DNA from: Candidatus Micrarchaeota archaeon
GTDB lineage: Archaea > Micrarchaeota > Micrarchaeia > Norongarragalinales > SBBD01
DNA: 64,000 bases
Reading direction: 5' to 3'
Assembly (NCBI GenBank): GCA_018819225.1
Contig: JAHJQN010000003.1
Span: forward strand, 64,001 to 128,000
Shown: positions 8,566 through 18,877 of the stretch, piece by piece
Layout of the letters: each line of letters opens with the position of its first letter
How positions within the stretch are numbered: the stretch's first letter is position 1
Translations under genes and position numbers: made by a program
The notes under the pieces: model-generated
The model's database searches: none
Told to the model about the DNA's origin: nothing
Seen by the model: only the letters and a program-made list of their open reading frames with translations

Positions 8566-8629
8566 CCAACGAGCGTTTCGAAAGCTAATACGAAAACGTA
8601 TTATAGGGTTGCTACCCTGTTCAATCCAC

Positions 8630-11600
8630 ATGCAAACCGGGCCGGTGGTAAGCGTTGGAATCCTCGCGCTTATCTTAAGCGCGCTTCCGATCTCTGCGGC
8701 AACATGGGGAGCACCCGCATGGCAGGAATACGGACTGGATGTCAGCCAAATGCAGCCATGGGATTGGGCGGCGATATCGGATGAAGCGGGAGGCGCAGTC
8801 GCTGTATGGAGCAAGTTCCTGTCGGGCACGGCCCGAGAACCCTATTTCCAACGCGTTTACCCGGATGGAACACGGTATTTCGCAAACGGAATTCTATTGG
8901 CTCCCGCTTTCAGCGACTGGAGGGCCTACGACATGGAATTAATAAAACCGGGCACGGGCGCGCGTTATTATGCGGTTTGGACGAACATCAACAGCCCAAA
9001 CGGGGGTGCAGATGATGGGCTGTGGGTACAGCGCTTCAACGGCAACACGGGCGCGTTACTTTTCGGGGACGAAGGCATCCAGGTCACCCCACTCGAACCG
9101 TACGCGATGGCGCTCGCCGGCTCGGGAACCTCGAACGCGTACATCGCATTTGTCGAAAACTCTGCAGGAAATGGTGCCTCGCCGGACCTTTATTTGGCTC
9201 AGGTAACACAAGCCGCAATCGTAGACCGATTTGAGCTCGTGAACCCCGACTTCAATTCGAATACGAACGTCTACTTGAGCATGATCAAGTCCGGAAATGG
9301 CGTCATCGTGAGCAGCGTGCAAAATAGCCAACTCATTCTCGACCGATACGAGTACAACGTGAATTTGGGAGTTTGGGAGAAGGATTGGAGTAGGTTGATC
9401 GCATCAAACGTGGTTCCAACCCAATTAACAACGGACGAAAATGGAGGTGCCGTCATCGGATTCGAGGACTTTGATGGCACCGGATGGTACATTCAAAACG
9501 TGGGCTGGGCTTGGGTCGATGCATCCGGCAACATCGCGGACTCGGAAAGCGGCACGAGCACCAACTACTTATCCGAAGCCGTGTTGAAGAACAATGCGGC
9601 CGTGGAAACCCGCGTTTCCGCTTATGCATCGCCCGCAGGATTCGGTCGTATCGAAATATTATACGATGGTCCAGGAGGGGGACAAGCGATGGACTCCTAT
9701 TCCTATCCGTGGGACAACGGCAACAATCCGGCCCCGCAAACCAAGATATCGCTGGTAACCGATGGAGTCCAACGGGGAGCGCAGAACTGGTATGGATCGT
9801 ATATGGCGTATGAGATGCGAGAGAAAAACTGCAACACCGGTTCGGGAATGAATTGGGAAACCTATATCGTCATCAAGCGAGTCGACGGCGGGGGCACGCG
9901 TTGGTCCGGACCGTTTCCAAACTACGATGAAGACCGGCTCGTGCTGTCCATTCCCAACCCCAACCAATACCGGGCAACCAATCCCCTCGCGATCAATGCG
10001 GGTCCGGAATCCGCGATCGTATTTTGGACCCAGCGAAACCCCAACCGGGTTTACGCACAAAAAGTGATTGAAGCAGCCAATGAGTACGTGTATGCCAATG
10101 CGATTCCGGGAGTGAGCGGAGGTGGGCCATACAGCGGTAACGTCGGAGAAGAAGTGGCATTGGATGGAACCGTAACAGAAGGAAATGCCGTGGCGTTTGA
10201 ATGGAGCGTTTTTTCCGGAAACGCAGCCGACTGCATCTGGAATCCAAATCCCAATGTAGAAGATCCGGGTATTACATGCAATTCCGTAGGAACGAGGGGA
10301 CTCGCGCTTCGAGCACAGAATGCGAACGGTTTGTGGAGCGGATACGCGTGCACGAGCGTCACATTTGCAGCGGGGGGCGATCCCGTTGCGGATGCCGGTC
10401 CGGATCAGGAATTACTGAGTTTGGAAACGATGGTATTGGATGGATCGGGTTCAACGGATCCGGATGGAACGATTGTTGCCTACCGATGGCGGCGAGAAAC
10501 CGGTAACCTGCCCATTGATTGTTCTTTGACGGACCCGGACGGTGAAAGCGGGTCGTTGGCGCAATTGCATTGCACGGACGATCACGATCCGGCTATCATC
10601 ATGGAATTGGAAGTCGAAGATAACGATGGAAAGCTTGCAACGGATACAATGAACGCAAAATTCTTGAATCGCCTTCCCGTAGCAGACGCTTCCGGAAATG
10701 GTCCAGGAGTCAATGACCAGGATATCAATGTTCAGGGAACCGTCATTGATGAAGATGGGATCTTAAACCCAGCAGAATGGATCAGTGATGCTGGTCAATG
10801 TTTGAAGACCGCTCCAGATACCTATTTTCCACTGCCACCATGGCAAGCAAATATGTTAGTAACGGTTTATTCTAAAATGAAGTGTTCGGCCGAAGGTTCA
10901 TTCCCCATTCGATTGACAGTAACCGATGACGATAACGGCTACGATGAAGACTCGTTTGATTTACTCATTTCGTCCAACGCGCCACCCATTGCAAACGCGT
11001 GGGGAGATTACTCGGGTGCTCCGAATACCGAGATTTCCATTTATGGAACAGCTGACGACAACTCCGCAATCAATACGATGTCATGGGCGAAAGTATTCGG
11101 ACCCGGCAACTGCGTATTCGATACCACGTTTGTGGGTCAAGGCAGTCCGACCGCGTCCCTGAACGGAACCATTACCTGCGATGCCGAAGGAAGTTACGGA
11201 ATTCAATTGAAAGTCTCGGATGGTGATGGCGCACAAGCATCGGATAATGCGTTAGTTAATATCGGATCCGCACCCTCTGCCACATTCGAAGCCGTACAAC
11301 CTGCCGTCGTATTACTGGATTGTCCGCGTCTGACCTATCAAGAAACCACTCAAATTTCCGTTCAATGTCTGGATAATGGAGTGGCGTGCGAAACGGATCA
11401 GATAGTAATAACGGGTGCGCCAGCGACGTTATCAACGCAAGATGGACACGTGTTTATTTTTGACGTGGAAACGCTGACAGATGGGGAATATCCCGTCGTG
11501 GCCGACGCGGGATTCGATGCAAGCTCCTGCACCATTCGGAAAGTCGGGAAAGAAACGGCGTCGTTCCCGGAAACGCATCCGTTCATCATCGCACTCGTTG

Positions 11601-11644
11601 TTCTTGCAAGCATGGCCGTTGTGCGCCTCAAGAAAAACAAGTGA
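8630..11644 (+). CDS. Large secreted surface protein with PKD/Ig-like repeats and a C-terminal archaeosortase-type sorting signal
   Basis: Signal peptide, a beta-rich N-terminal half (D..GGAV repeats), repeats GGPYSG / PVADAGPDQ / PVADA / PIANA, and an ending of FPETHP, a TM helix and RLKKNK. Confidence 0.8.
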   Translation: MQTGPVVSVGILALILSALPISAATWGAPAWQEYGLDVSQMQPWDWAAISDEAGGAVAVWSKFLSGTAREPYFQRVYPDGTRYFANGILLAPAFSDWRAYDMELIKPGTGARYYAVWTNINSPNGGADDGLWVQRFNGNTGALLFGDEGIQVTPLEPYAMALAGSGTSNAYIAFVENSAGNGASPDLYLAQVTQAAIVDRFELVNPDFNSNTNVYLSMIKSGNGVIVSSVQNSQLILDRYEYNVNLGVWEKDWSRLIASNVVPTQLTTDENGGAVIGFEDFDGTGWYIQNVGWAWVDASGNIADSESGTSTNYLSEAVLKNNAAVETRVSAYASPAGFGRIEILYDGPGGGQAMDSYSYPWDNGNNPAPQTKISLVTDGVQRGAQNWYGSYMAYEMREKNCNTGSGMNWETYIVIKRVDGGGTRWSGPFPNYDEDRLVLSIPNPNQYRATNPLAINAGPESAIVFWTQRNPNRVYAQKVIEAANEYVYANAIPGVSGGGPYSGNVGEEVALDGTVTEGNAVAFEWSVFSGNAADCIWNPNPNVEDPGITCNSVGTRGLALRAQNANGLWSGYACTSVTFAAGGDPVADAGPDQELLSLETMVLDGSGSTDPDGTIVAYRWRRETGNLPIDCSLTDPDGESGSLAQLHCTDDHDPAIIMELEVEDNDGKLATDTMNAKFLNRLPVADASGNGPGVNDQDINVQGTVIDEDGILNPAEWISDAGQCLKTAPDTYFPLPPWQANMLVTVYSKMKCSAEGSFPIRLTVTDDDNGYDEDSFDLLISSNAPPIANAWGDYSGAPNTEISIYGTADDNSAINTMSWAKVFGPGNCVFDTTFVGQGSPTASLNGTITCDAEGSYGIQLKVSDGDGAQASDNALVNIGSAPSATFEAVQPAVVLLDCPRLTYQETTQISVQCLDNGVACETDQIVITGAPATLSTQDGHVFIFDVETLTDGEYPVVADAGFDASSCTIRKVGKETASFPETHPFIIALVVLASMAVVRLKKNK

Positions 11645-11998
11645 TTACTTGAGTTCGGCGAGCACGCGCAACTTGTCGGGATCGCGCTTGATCTCCTTCA
11701 CGAGGTTCGACGGCCCAACAATCGTTATGCCTTGCGTTTTTCCACCCAAAATCTGGATCAACCGGGAACGCAAACCCTCGGGCTCTTCCCCGAACGAAGA
11801 AATCTCAATTCCCGGAAAACTCTTCGATATTTGCTCCATGGTGCGCTGGAACAACCGGCGCTCTTCCTGACGCGTCAAACCCTTCTCCAACACCAAGATT
11901 TTGCTTTCTTTGACGTTCTTGAGTATGAACTTGAGTTTTTCATCGTCGCCCATGCTTTCAAGCATGCGGTTGGAAACGAATTCGAGACTGATCTTCAT
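11645..11998 (-). CDS. DUF2073-family (OapB-like) protein
   Basis: EKLKFILKNVK..ILVLEKGL..EE..L, FPGIEI, GITIVGP. Close to an Era-like GTPase. Confidence 0.8.
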   Translation of the reverse strand: MKISLEFVSNRMLESMGDDEKLKFILKNVKESKILVLEKGLTRQEERRLFQRTMEQISKSFPGIEISSFGEEPEGLRSRLIQILGGKTQGITIVGPSNLVKEIKRDPDKLRVLAELK

Positions 11999-12330
11999 TT
12001 CGATTTAGCACCAAAAATACCTTCCAATAACGAAGCGGTGACGTACCAGTAAAACACCATGAGCAACACGCCGATAAACGAAGCCGGCTGTAAACACTCG
12101 GTTTCCACGCCACATTGACCCGCGACAAAAAACAATGGCCAAGCAATGATCATCAAAATGGCTTGGTAGACGTTCTCCGGAAGATCAATAATGAGTAAAA
12201 GAAACAGGATGACCATGAGCACGAGAGCCAGCGTCAGCTTTCCAACCGTGGGCTTGAAAATACCGAGGTTCGCCATGCCGTGGTGATGCGGCATTTTTTG
12301 TCTATTCTTGGAGCGCTTCTTCATATCCAT
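11995..12330 (-). CDS. Small membrane protein (about 3 TM)
   Basis: Hydrophobic segments and an FKPT..K motif. Overlaps both neighbours. Confidence 0.65.
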   Translation of the reverse strand: MDMKKRSKNRQKMPHHHGMANLGIFKPTVGKLTLALVLMVILFLLLIIDLPENVYQAILMIIAWPLFFVAGQCGVETECLQPASFIGVLLMVFYWYVTASLLEGIFGAKSK

Positions 12331-12953
12331 TACCGAGCGTGCTTTGCAATCGCTTCATACAACTTGTTGATGTTCTGGCCCGTTAACGCAGAGACTTCCA
12401 CGACCACATGTTGCGGAAACGCTTCTCTCACCTTATTCACCCTCGATTTCTTGCTGTCGATCTTATTCGCAACGATTATGACGGGAATCTTTCGCGCCTC
12501 CAGATTTCCAAGAATCGTAATATTCACTTGCGTAAACGGATCTTGCGTGGAATCCATGACCACAAGCGCCGCATCCACGTTCTCCAGCCACTTGATCGCT
12601 TCAATCACGCCTTTCGTCGCTTCTTTTGCCCGCTTCAAGGACTCGCTCTTTCGCAACCCGTACGCCGAAAAATCGCGGTAATCCACTTTCGTTGCAATGC
12701 CCGGCATGTCCAGCAAGTTCATGTCCAGCTCCTTGCCTTTCGAGCGCACCACCACATGCTCCTTCTTTTGAACCATGCGCGTCTCGTGCGGGACCTCCGA
12801 CACTTTTCCCACGGGTTCACCCAACCAATCCATGGAAATGCGGTTCGCCAGAGAGGTTTTTCCGGCATTCGGCGCGCCATAGAAGCCCAAACGAATAAGC
12901 TTCCTTCTCCAGAATAAGCGACGCAGCCAATCAATGAATCGTCGAAAAGGCAT
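12330..12953 (-). CDS. Era-like GTP-binding protein (OapA-like)
   Basis: G1 GAPNAGKT, G3 DMPG, G4 NKID, G5 SAL, plus PHETR and EATKGVIEA. Start placed at ATG 12953. Confidence 0.88.
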   Translation of the reverse strand: MPFRRFIDWLRRLFWRRKLIRLGFYGAPNAGKTSLANRISMDWLGEPVGKVSEVPHETRMVQKKEHVVVRSKGKELDMNLLDMPGIATKVDYRDFSAYGLRKSESLKRAKEATKGVIEAIKWLENVDAALVVMDSTQDPFTQVNITILGNLEARKIPVIIVANKIDSKKSRVNKVREAFPQHVVVEVSALTGQNINKLYEAIAKHAR

Positions 12954-13026
12954 ACCCAAATCCCATTCAATCGAGTGCAATACGTTAAATGCCTTTAAAA
13001 AACGTGCGTCCTTCGACACGAACGAA

Positions 13027-14400
13027 TCAAACCACTTTTCCGATCACGATGGCACGCGCCCCGTTCGAATGAATGAGGCTAGCGATTTCAAGAACCTGAT
13101 GCGGACCGCTCAAGCGACTGGATCCGTCCAATAACGTCGAGTCCCCGAAATCGAATTGATTGGAAGGTAGGAAGGAAGCGGTCTCAAAGGAAAATCGGCG
13201 CGGGGATTGAAGCCAAACGATGTGAAGGGACGCGGAATGAAGAGCGCCAGTATCGGGTTCAGCCAACAAATAACCTCGCGGCTTCAATTCGCGGCGCAAC
13301 GCGATCTCCAACTCAACGGACGAGAAGGAGGAAGGCGCTGCGTACAACGCGAACCATCCGAAACGCTCCAGTTCATCAAATCCGGATGGTACGAAGGAAG
13401 CGCCTTCCGGTAATCCATACGCTAATGCCAGGGGAGCCGCAGAGGATTCTCCAAACGCATAACGAACCACATCCCCGCCCATTAACAGGATGGAAACGAG
13501 CAGGAGAGCGGATAACGCGAGGAATGGAAGGTTGCGCGCATGCCGCACACGCCACCAAGCGTATGCGCTGCAAAGGAATAGCGGAGCCGTCAGCCATTCG
13601 CGAAACACGAGTTTCGTGTCCAGAACGTAATAGGGAAACCAACTGATTCCGATAACGATCACGAATACGATGGCGGGCCATAAATGGCGGAAGCGTCCGG
13701 GAACCGAATCTCCGAAATAAAGTAATAGCAGGGTAAATGCAGCAGCTCCGGCCAGCGAAAAGAATCCTCCATCCAGAACCGCAATACCGGAAACGAATCC
13801 GGCACCCGCCAGCCAAACCGATGACTCCATTCCACGGGAAAACGGGGCCAGCAAAAAGGTCGTGCCGAAAATGCCGGCCAACAGAAAGAGAACCAGGGGA
13901 GAAAGCGAACCGGAAAAGGGAACGGCTTCATATAACGGATACCCATCGTCGGCTGCAAGCGGAAGGCGAAAACCAAGGGTTTTTTCCGTGAAGTAAATGG
14001 CGGGTTTCAGCACGTGAATGTGTTGAAAATAGGATCCTTCCCAACAAGAGTATTGCTCGCAATTCGCGACATAGCCTAAATAGGAATCGTACGAAGCGCC
14101 GTACGAAGACTGCCAATAAAGTTGTGCAGCAATACCGACGAAAAAACCAAAAAGAATCCATGCGAGTAAAAGAAAGCGCAAGCGCAAAAACGCGCGGGCG
14201 TTCTTGAAGAAAGGACGGTTCGCAGCCCATGCGCGAAAGGAAAAGAAAAGAACGAGCATGAAGAGTAAAAGCAAGTGTTTGGCACTCGAATTGCCTTCCG
14301 TGAACACGCGAAGGATGCTGCCGACCAGCAGGCTAAACGGCTCCACGGCAAGGGATAATATTAACGTCACCGCGAGCGCGACCGGCCATTTCGTATCCAT
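13027..14400 (-). CDS. Multi-pass membrane protein of unknown function
   Basis: About 10 hydrophobic segments, with SSAK and LDGGFFS motifs. Directly downstream of the GT2 gene. Confidence 0.7.
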   Translation of the reverse strand: MDTKWPVALAVTLILSLAVEPFSLLVGSILRVFTEGNSSAKHLLLLFMLVLFFSFRAWAANRPFFKNARAFLRLRFLLLAWILFGFFVGIAAQLYWQSSYGASYDSYLGYVANCEQYSCWEGSYFQHIHVLKPAIYFTEKTLGFRLPLAADDGYPLYEAVPFSGSLSPLVLFLLAGIFGTTFLLAPFSRGMESSVWLAGAGFVSGIAVLDGGFFSLAGAAAFTLLLLYFGDSVPGRFRHLWPAIVFVIVIGISWFPYYVLDTKLVFREWLTAPLFLCSAYAWWRVRHARNLPFLALSALLLVSILLMGGDVVRYAFGESSAAPLALAYGLPEGASFVPSGFDELERFGWFALYAAPSSFSSVELEIALRRELKPRGYLLAEPDTGALHSASLHIVWLQSPRRFSFETASFLPSNQFDFGDSTLLDGSSRLSGPHQVLEIASLIHSNGARAIVIGKVV

Positions 14401-14404
14401 AACC

Positions 14405-15913
14405 CTAACCTTGAACATACGCAAACAGGGGCGCCGAGAAGAATAAAAGCGAATAATACGAAAGCCACAACCCGCTGATCACGTCCGCGTGAATAAACGA
14501 AGAAAAGGCAAATAGGAGTAAAGCCATCGCGAAAGAGGTTTCTCGAAGCGTCAGGCGAACGGCCTTCTTCAACGAGCGCTGGAACGAATCCGTTTTCTTA
14601 ACCACCACGAACAAGGCCTTGCGATTCAACATGGCATTGAAAATCGCGCGCATTCGAACCAACGCCACGGAAAAGTTGAGGAAATACCCAATGACGCCGC
14701 GCCGGAACGAGGTGAAGAAGAACGTGGCGACCATATACATGCTGATCAGCGTCAACAGCATGGGAAGCAAATCCGAAAACTGAATTTGGGGAGCAAACTG
14801 CCAAAACGCTTCACCCGAAAAAATCAAGCGACTAATGCCCATGAGCGCAAAAAGAACCGTCAACAATGCGAAGAATACGTAAACAGCGGAAATGTATTGC
14901 AGCCCAAACACTTGCGTGAAATAGTGCATACGCTTTCGTGACGAAAAACGATTCCAGTTTTTCAGGTACGGGTTGATCAGCGACGCATTGCCATAGGAAT
15001 ACCGGTTTTGTTGCACGAGAAATTCGCTGAAGCGTTCAATGGGCTTACCGACCGCATATTGCTTCGGAACATAAATGCCGTGAAACCCCTTCAAATCCGC
15101 TTCAAACGAAAGCGCCGTGTCTTCCGTCAACGAGTGCGGGAATCCGCCGGCATCGCGTACGAGAGACGAGCGCAAGAGGCCCATCGAACCTTGGTACATG
15201 GCCATCTGGTCTCGGCTGCGAATCGGCTGAATGAAGCGGAGAAAGAATGCGTACGTTTCATCCACGGCCATGGAAAACAAGCTTCCGACACGCGTGCGCT
15301 TAACCGTTTGTACGGAGATCAGCAGGGGATCCGCTTCAAAATAGGGCAGCACGTCCTTCAAGAACGCGGGATGAGTCAGTTCTTCATCCGCATCAAACAT
15401 GCCGAAATAATCTTCGGACATTTGGTCCAGAAAGTGGTTGAGTGCGCCGGCCTTGAAATGCGTGCGGTCCGTACGGTGCATGAAAATGACTCCGAGTTCC
15501 GTGCAGGTGCGGCGCAATTCCCCAACGATCGCGGGAGTAGAGGAATCATCGAGCAAGTAGAATTTCAGCAAGGATTTCGGGTAATCCACGGTTTTCAGGG
15601 AAACCAAGGCTTTTTTCACGAGCGCCGGATCTTCATTGTACGAAGCAACTCCGAGCGCAACCGTCGGCAGTTTTTTCACGGGACGAGTCGCCGGACGGTC
15701 TTTCACGAAATACGAATCAAAGTAATAGGAAGTGCCCACGAAATTGAACACGATGGAAAGAAGCAGCAACAGAATGAACACGAACCCCAAAACGATTTCC
15801 ATGAACGAGGAGAATACGAATAACGTCAAGTACGTGAAATAAAAAACGGCAAAGAACGAGGAACCGCCCACAAACAGCAGTAAGACGTACCGCCTTAAGA
15901 TTTCAGGGTGCAT
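14405..15913 (-). CDS. Processive GT2 glycosyltransferase (cellulose-synthase-like)
   Basis: YNE, LLDDS, FKAGALN, FDAD, TED and QQNRY (a QxxRW variant). TM helices at both ends. Confidence 0.88.
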   Translation of the reverse strand: MHPEILRRYVLLLFVGGSSFFAVFYFTYLTLFVFSSFMEIVLGFVFILLLLLSIVFNFVGTSYYFDSYFVKDRPATRPVKKLPTVALGVASYNEDPALVKKALVSLKTVDYPKSLLKFYLLDDSSTPAIVGELRRTCTELGVIFMHRTDRTHFKAGALNHFLDQMSEDYFGMFDADEELTHPAFLKDVLPYFEADPLLISVQTVKRTRVGSLFSMAVDETYAFFLRFIQPIRSRDQMAMYQGSMGLLRSSLVRDAGGFPHSLTEDTALSFEADLKGFHGIYVPKQYAVGKPIERFSEFLVQQNRYSYGNASLINPYLKNWNRFSSRKRMHYFTQVFGLQYISAVYVFFALLTVLFALMGISRLIFSGEAFWQFAPQIQFSDLLPMLLTLISMYMVATFFFTSFRRGVIGYFLNFSVALVRMRAIFNAMLNRKALFVVVKKTDSFQRSLKKAVRLTLRETSFAMALLLFAFSSFIHADVISGLWLSYYSLLFFSAPLFAYVQG

Positions 15914-16016
15914 AACGCAAGTCCTCAACACGCGCTGTCGTTATTGATGCGAGTGAATCGACAGAATAGTGTTAAGCCAACCAGCATTTAAAAGCTTTAA
16001 AGGGTTAACGGGCTCC

Positions 16017-17303
16017 ATGCGACCCCTCGAACTGCTGCTCCTGTTTGCGATGGTTTCCGTCTTGTTCACGCACGCGTATTATGACCGGCCGCTCATCCGC
16101 GACCAACTCGAAAGCTTTCGCTCCGCCGAATTCCTTAAAGAACAACAGCACTTTCCCATCGAAAACGCCAATATTCAAGCGCCGGGAACGCGTTACCCGC
16201 CCATTTTTTCAGTCACATTAGCCACGCTGAGCGCATTAATGGGATTAAGCATTCCCACCATGGCCGAGCTTTTGGCGTACGCGACGACCGTCATCATGCT
16301 GCTATCCATGTTCTTGCTGGCTCGGGCGATCACGAATAGCGAGAAAAAAGCATTGATAGCCACGACCGTCTTCCTCACCATGCCGTGGCTGTTTTACCGG
16401 ATGACGTATCCGATCGCAGAAAGCATGGGATTCTCGCTACTACTCCTTGCGGTGTACACGTTTCACCAACAACGCTACTACGCCGCATCCATCGTGCTGT
16501 TCGTGCTCCCCCTCGTCCATTTTCGGAGCGCAGCCATTGCCTTGGGAACGCTATTTCTTTTTGCGTTACTCGCGCAACGAATCGGCGTATACCTTCAAAG
16601 CGCGCTTCCCTCCATTACCCTATACGTTTTTCTGGTCCCCCGACAGGCATTAGAACTCAGTAACCCTTGGGTAATACCCGCCACCGCATTCGAAATGATC
16701 GGCGTATTTGCGTTAACGCTAGGCATTCTAGGAGCCGGATATCAACTACTCGTAAAAAATTCGGGACTGGAATCCCTGACGTCGAGTTTTGTCCTCGCCT
16801 TTTTCGTGACCACACTCGTACTCCCGTTCCCGTTCCGGCAATTGTTGTTTCTTTCGCCAGCCATAGCGATTTTCGCCTCCGAAATCGTCGATGCCGCGCC
16901 ACGCGTGCTGCCTGGATTATTCATTGCGAGCGCGTTCATTCTCGCGTATAATGTGTCGTATCAATCGCTCCCGTATCGTTTGGAGGAACAAGCGGGCTTC
17001 CAAGCCCTGCAGTCCATGACCGGAGAACGGGTACTCGCTCCGTTCGAATACAATTACATTATCCCGTGGTTCTCCAAAAAACAAGTCGTGGCCGGGCCGT
17101 ACGTGGAAGAACTCGCGGATGGAATCCAACGCATTCGGGAACTCAGGGGGTATTACGAGGGATCCAACGCCGGCATTCAATCCGAAATCGAAAGCAAATA
17201 CGAACCCGATTTCATTGTGAGACGCAAACCGGTGGACGGATTCGAATCCATTCGAAGCGCTCGCGTATTGGACAGCAAGTCTTTTTCCGTTGAACGACGC
17301 TAA
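16017..17303 (+). CDS. GT-C-fold-like membrane protein
   Basis: Early loop Asp (RD), YPPIF, many TMs and a soluble C-terminal domain. Confidence 0.65.
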   Translation: MRPLELLLLFAMVSVLFTHAYYDRPLIRDQLESFRSAEFLKEQQHFPIENANIQAPGTRYPPIFSVTLATLSALMGLSIPTMAELLAYATTVIMLLSMFLLARAITNSEKKALIATTVFLTMPWLFYRMTYPIAESMGFSLLLLAVYTFHQQRYYAASIVLFVLPLVHFRSAAIALGTLFLFALLAQRIGVYLQSALPSITLYVFLVPRQALELSNPWVIPATAFEMIGVFALTLGILGAGYQLLVKNSGLESLTSSFVLAFFVTTLVLPFPFRQLLFLSPAIAIFASEIVDAAPRVLPGLFIASAFILAYNVSYQSLPYRLEEQAGFQALQSMTGERVLAPFEYNYIIPWFSKKQVVAGPYVEELADGIQRIRELRGYYEGSNAGIQSEIESKYEPDFIVRRKPVDGFESIRSARVLDSKSFSVERR

Positions 17304-17375
17304 GGCATCTCCTTAACAAAAAAACAAGCATTATATAAACGGAGCTTGAACAAAGCGGTTAGAGGTGTCGTCAGA

Positions 17376-18863
17376 ATGGAAATAAAGTACGCGGTCATCG
17401 GACTGGTGATTATCGCTCTCGGATTCGCAGGCATTACGTATCTCCAACAGCCCCAGGAACACGTCTATCGCATTCAAGCGCAATGGAATCTGCAACAGCA
17501 GGCACTAGACAGTGCATCCGAAACACCGGAATCCGTCGAAATAACGGTGTATCAAGTCGAACCTCAACAATACTATTATCCCATTCAATCCCAAACCGGC
17601 TTCAATATTGACGAAGGCATCGCCCTCATTAAAGAAAAACGATCCGCGCTCTTTCCAGCAGGACTCACCTCGTTCGCCATGAAAGGAACCGCCCAACACA
17701 TTGATTCCACGTCCCTGCACCTTAAAGATTTCACGGATCCCGCGATCGCGGTATTGGAACAAAACTATCATTACGATCTGGTGAGCCAAAGCAAGCTGCT
17801 CCAAAAATTCTTGAATAAACCCATTGAAGTCCTTACGGAAAACGGTTTGGTGGCCGGCACGCTGCTCAGCTCCCGCGACGGCCTCGTACTCAAAAACTCG
17901 AACGGAATCGTTTCGTTCAACGAGTATAAGCAAGTGAATTTTCCATCCTTGCCTGAAGGACTCGTGACCGTACCGACCATTAACTGGTTACTGGGAAGCC
18001 ATGCGGCAGGAGAACACGATCTCGAAGTGAGTTACTTGGCCTCCGGATTAAACTGGCACGCGGATTACGTAGCCGTTGTCAACGAAGCGGATACGCTGCT
18101 AGACCTGCAAGGCTGGGTATCCCTCCAGAATCGAGCAGGCGCTACATTTGAAAACGCGAAATTGAAGCTCATCGCCGGAGACATTCACTTGGTTCGCGGA
18201 CAAAAAGCGGCTGCACGTTACCCGATGGTAGAGGATATGGCGATGGGAGCCGCACCCGCGCCGCAGTTCACGGAAGAAGGCTTGTTCGAATACCACTTGT
18301 ATTCCCTGCAACGACCGACCACGCTGAAAGACAACGAGGACAAGCAAATCGCGTTATTTACAGCCGAAAACACGGGCGTACAAAAACAATACGTATTCGA
18401 TTCGAGAACCAGCGACAAAGTGCAAGTCAAACTCAACTTCGATAACTCGGAAGAAAACAATCTAGGAATGCCCATGCCCAAAGGAAAAGTGCGCGTGTAC
18501 AAGGCGGACTCGGAAGGCCAATTGCAGTTCCTCGGAGAAGATGAAATCGATCACACGCCAAAGGATGAAACCATTCGACTCTTCATCGGAAACGCATTCG
18601 ATATCACCGCGGTCGAGACGCAAACCAATTATGAAAAAATCAGCTCGTGCCAGCGGCGGGAATCGTATAAAGTCGAAATCCGCAATCACAAAGAGGAACC
18701 GATCACGGTTACGGTCCTCAAATACGTGTATAGCGACTGGGAAATCGTGCAAGAAAACTTCGGGCACGTCAAGGAAAGCAGCACGAAGGCGTCATGGCAA
18801 GTACCCGTTGCGGCAGACGGAACCGAAACGCTTACATATACCGCGAGAATCAAGTATTGTTAA
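17376..18863 (+). CDS. DUF4139-domain protein
   Basis: SYLASGLNWHADY, LQGWVSLQN, LKLIAGD, EYHLY, LGMPMPKGKVRVY, GEDEIDHTP. SD GAGGTG. Confidence 0.88.
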   Translation: MEIKYAVIGLVIIALGFAGITYLQQPQEHVYRIQAQWNLQQQALDSASETPESVEITVYQVEPQQYYYPIQSQTGFNIDEGIALIKEKRSALFPAGLTSFAMKGTAQHIDSTSLHLKDFTDPAIAVLEQNYHYDLVSQSKLLQKFLNKPIEVLTENGLVAGTLLSSRDGLVLKNSNGIVSFNEYKQVNFPSLPEGLVTVPTINWLLGSHAAGEHDLEVSYLASGLNWHADYVAVVNEADTLLDLQGWVSLQNRAGATFENAKLKLIAGDIHLVRGQKAAARYPMVEDMAMGAAPAPQFTEEGLFEYHLYSLQRPTTLKDNEDKQIALFTAENTGVQKQYVFDSRTSDKVQVKLNFDNSEENNLGMPMPKGKVRVYKADSEGQLQFLGEDEIDHTPKDETIRLFIGNAFDITAVETQTNYEKISSCQRRESYKVEIRNHKEEPITVTVLKYVYSDWEIVQENFGHVKESSTKASWQVPVAADGTETLTYTARIKYC

Positions 18864-18877
18864 CGAGGTGGTCGCGC

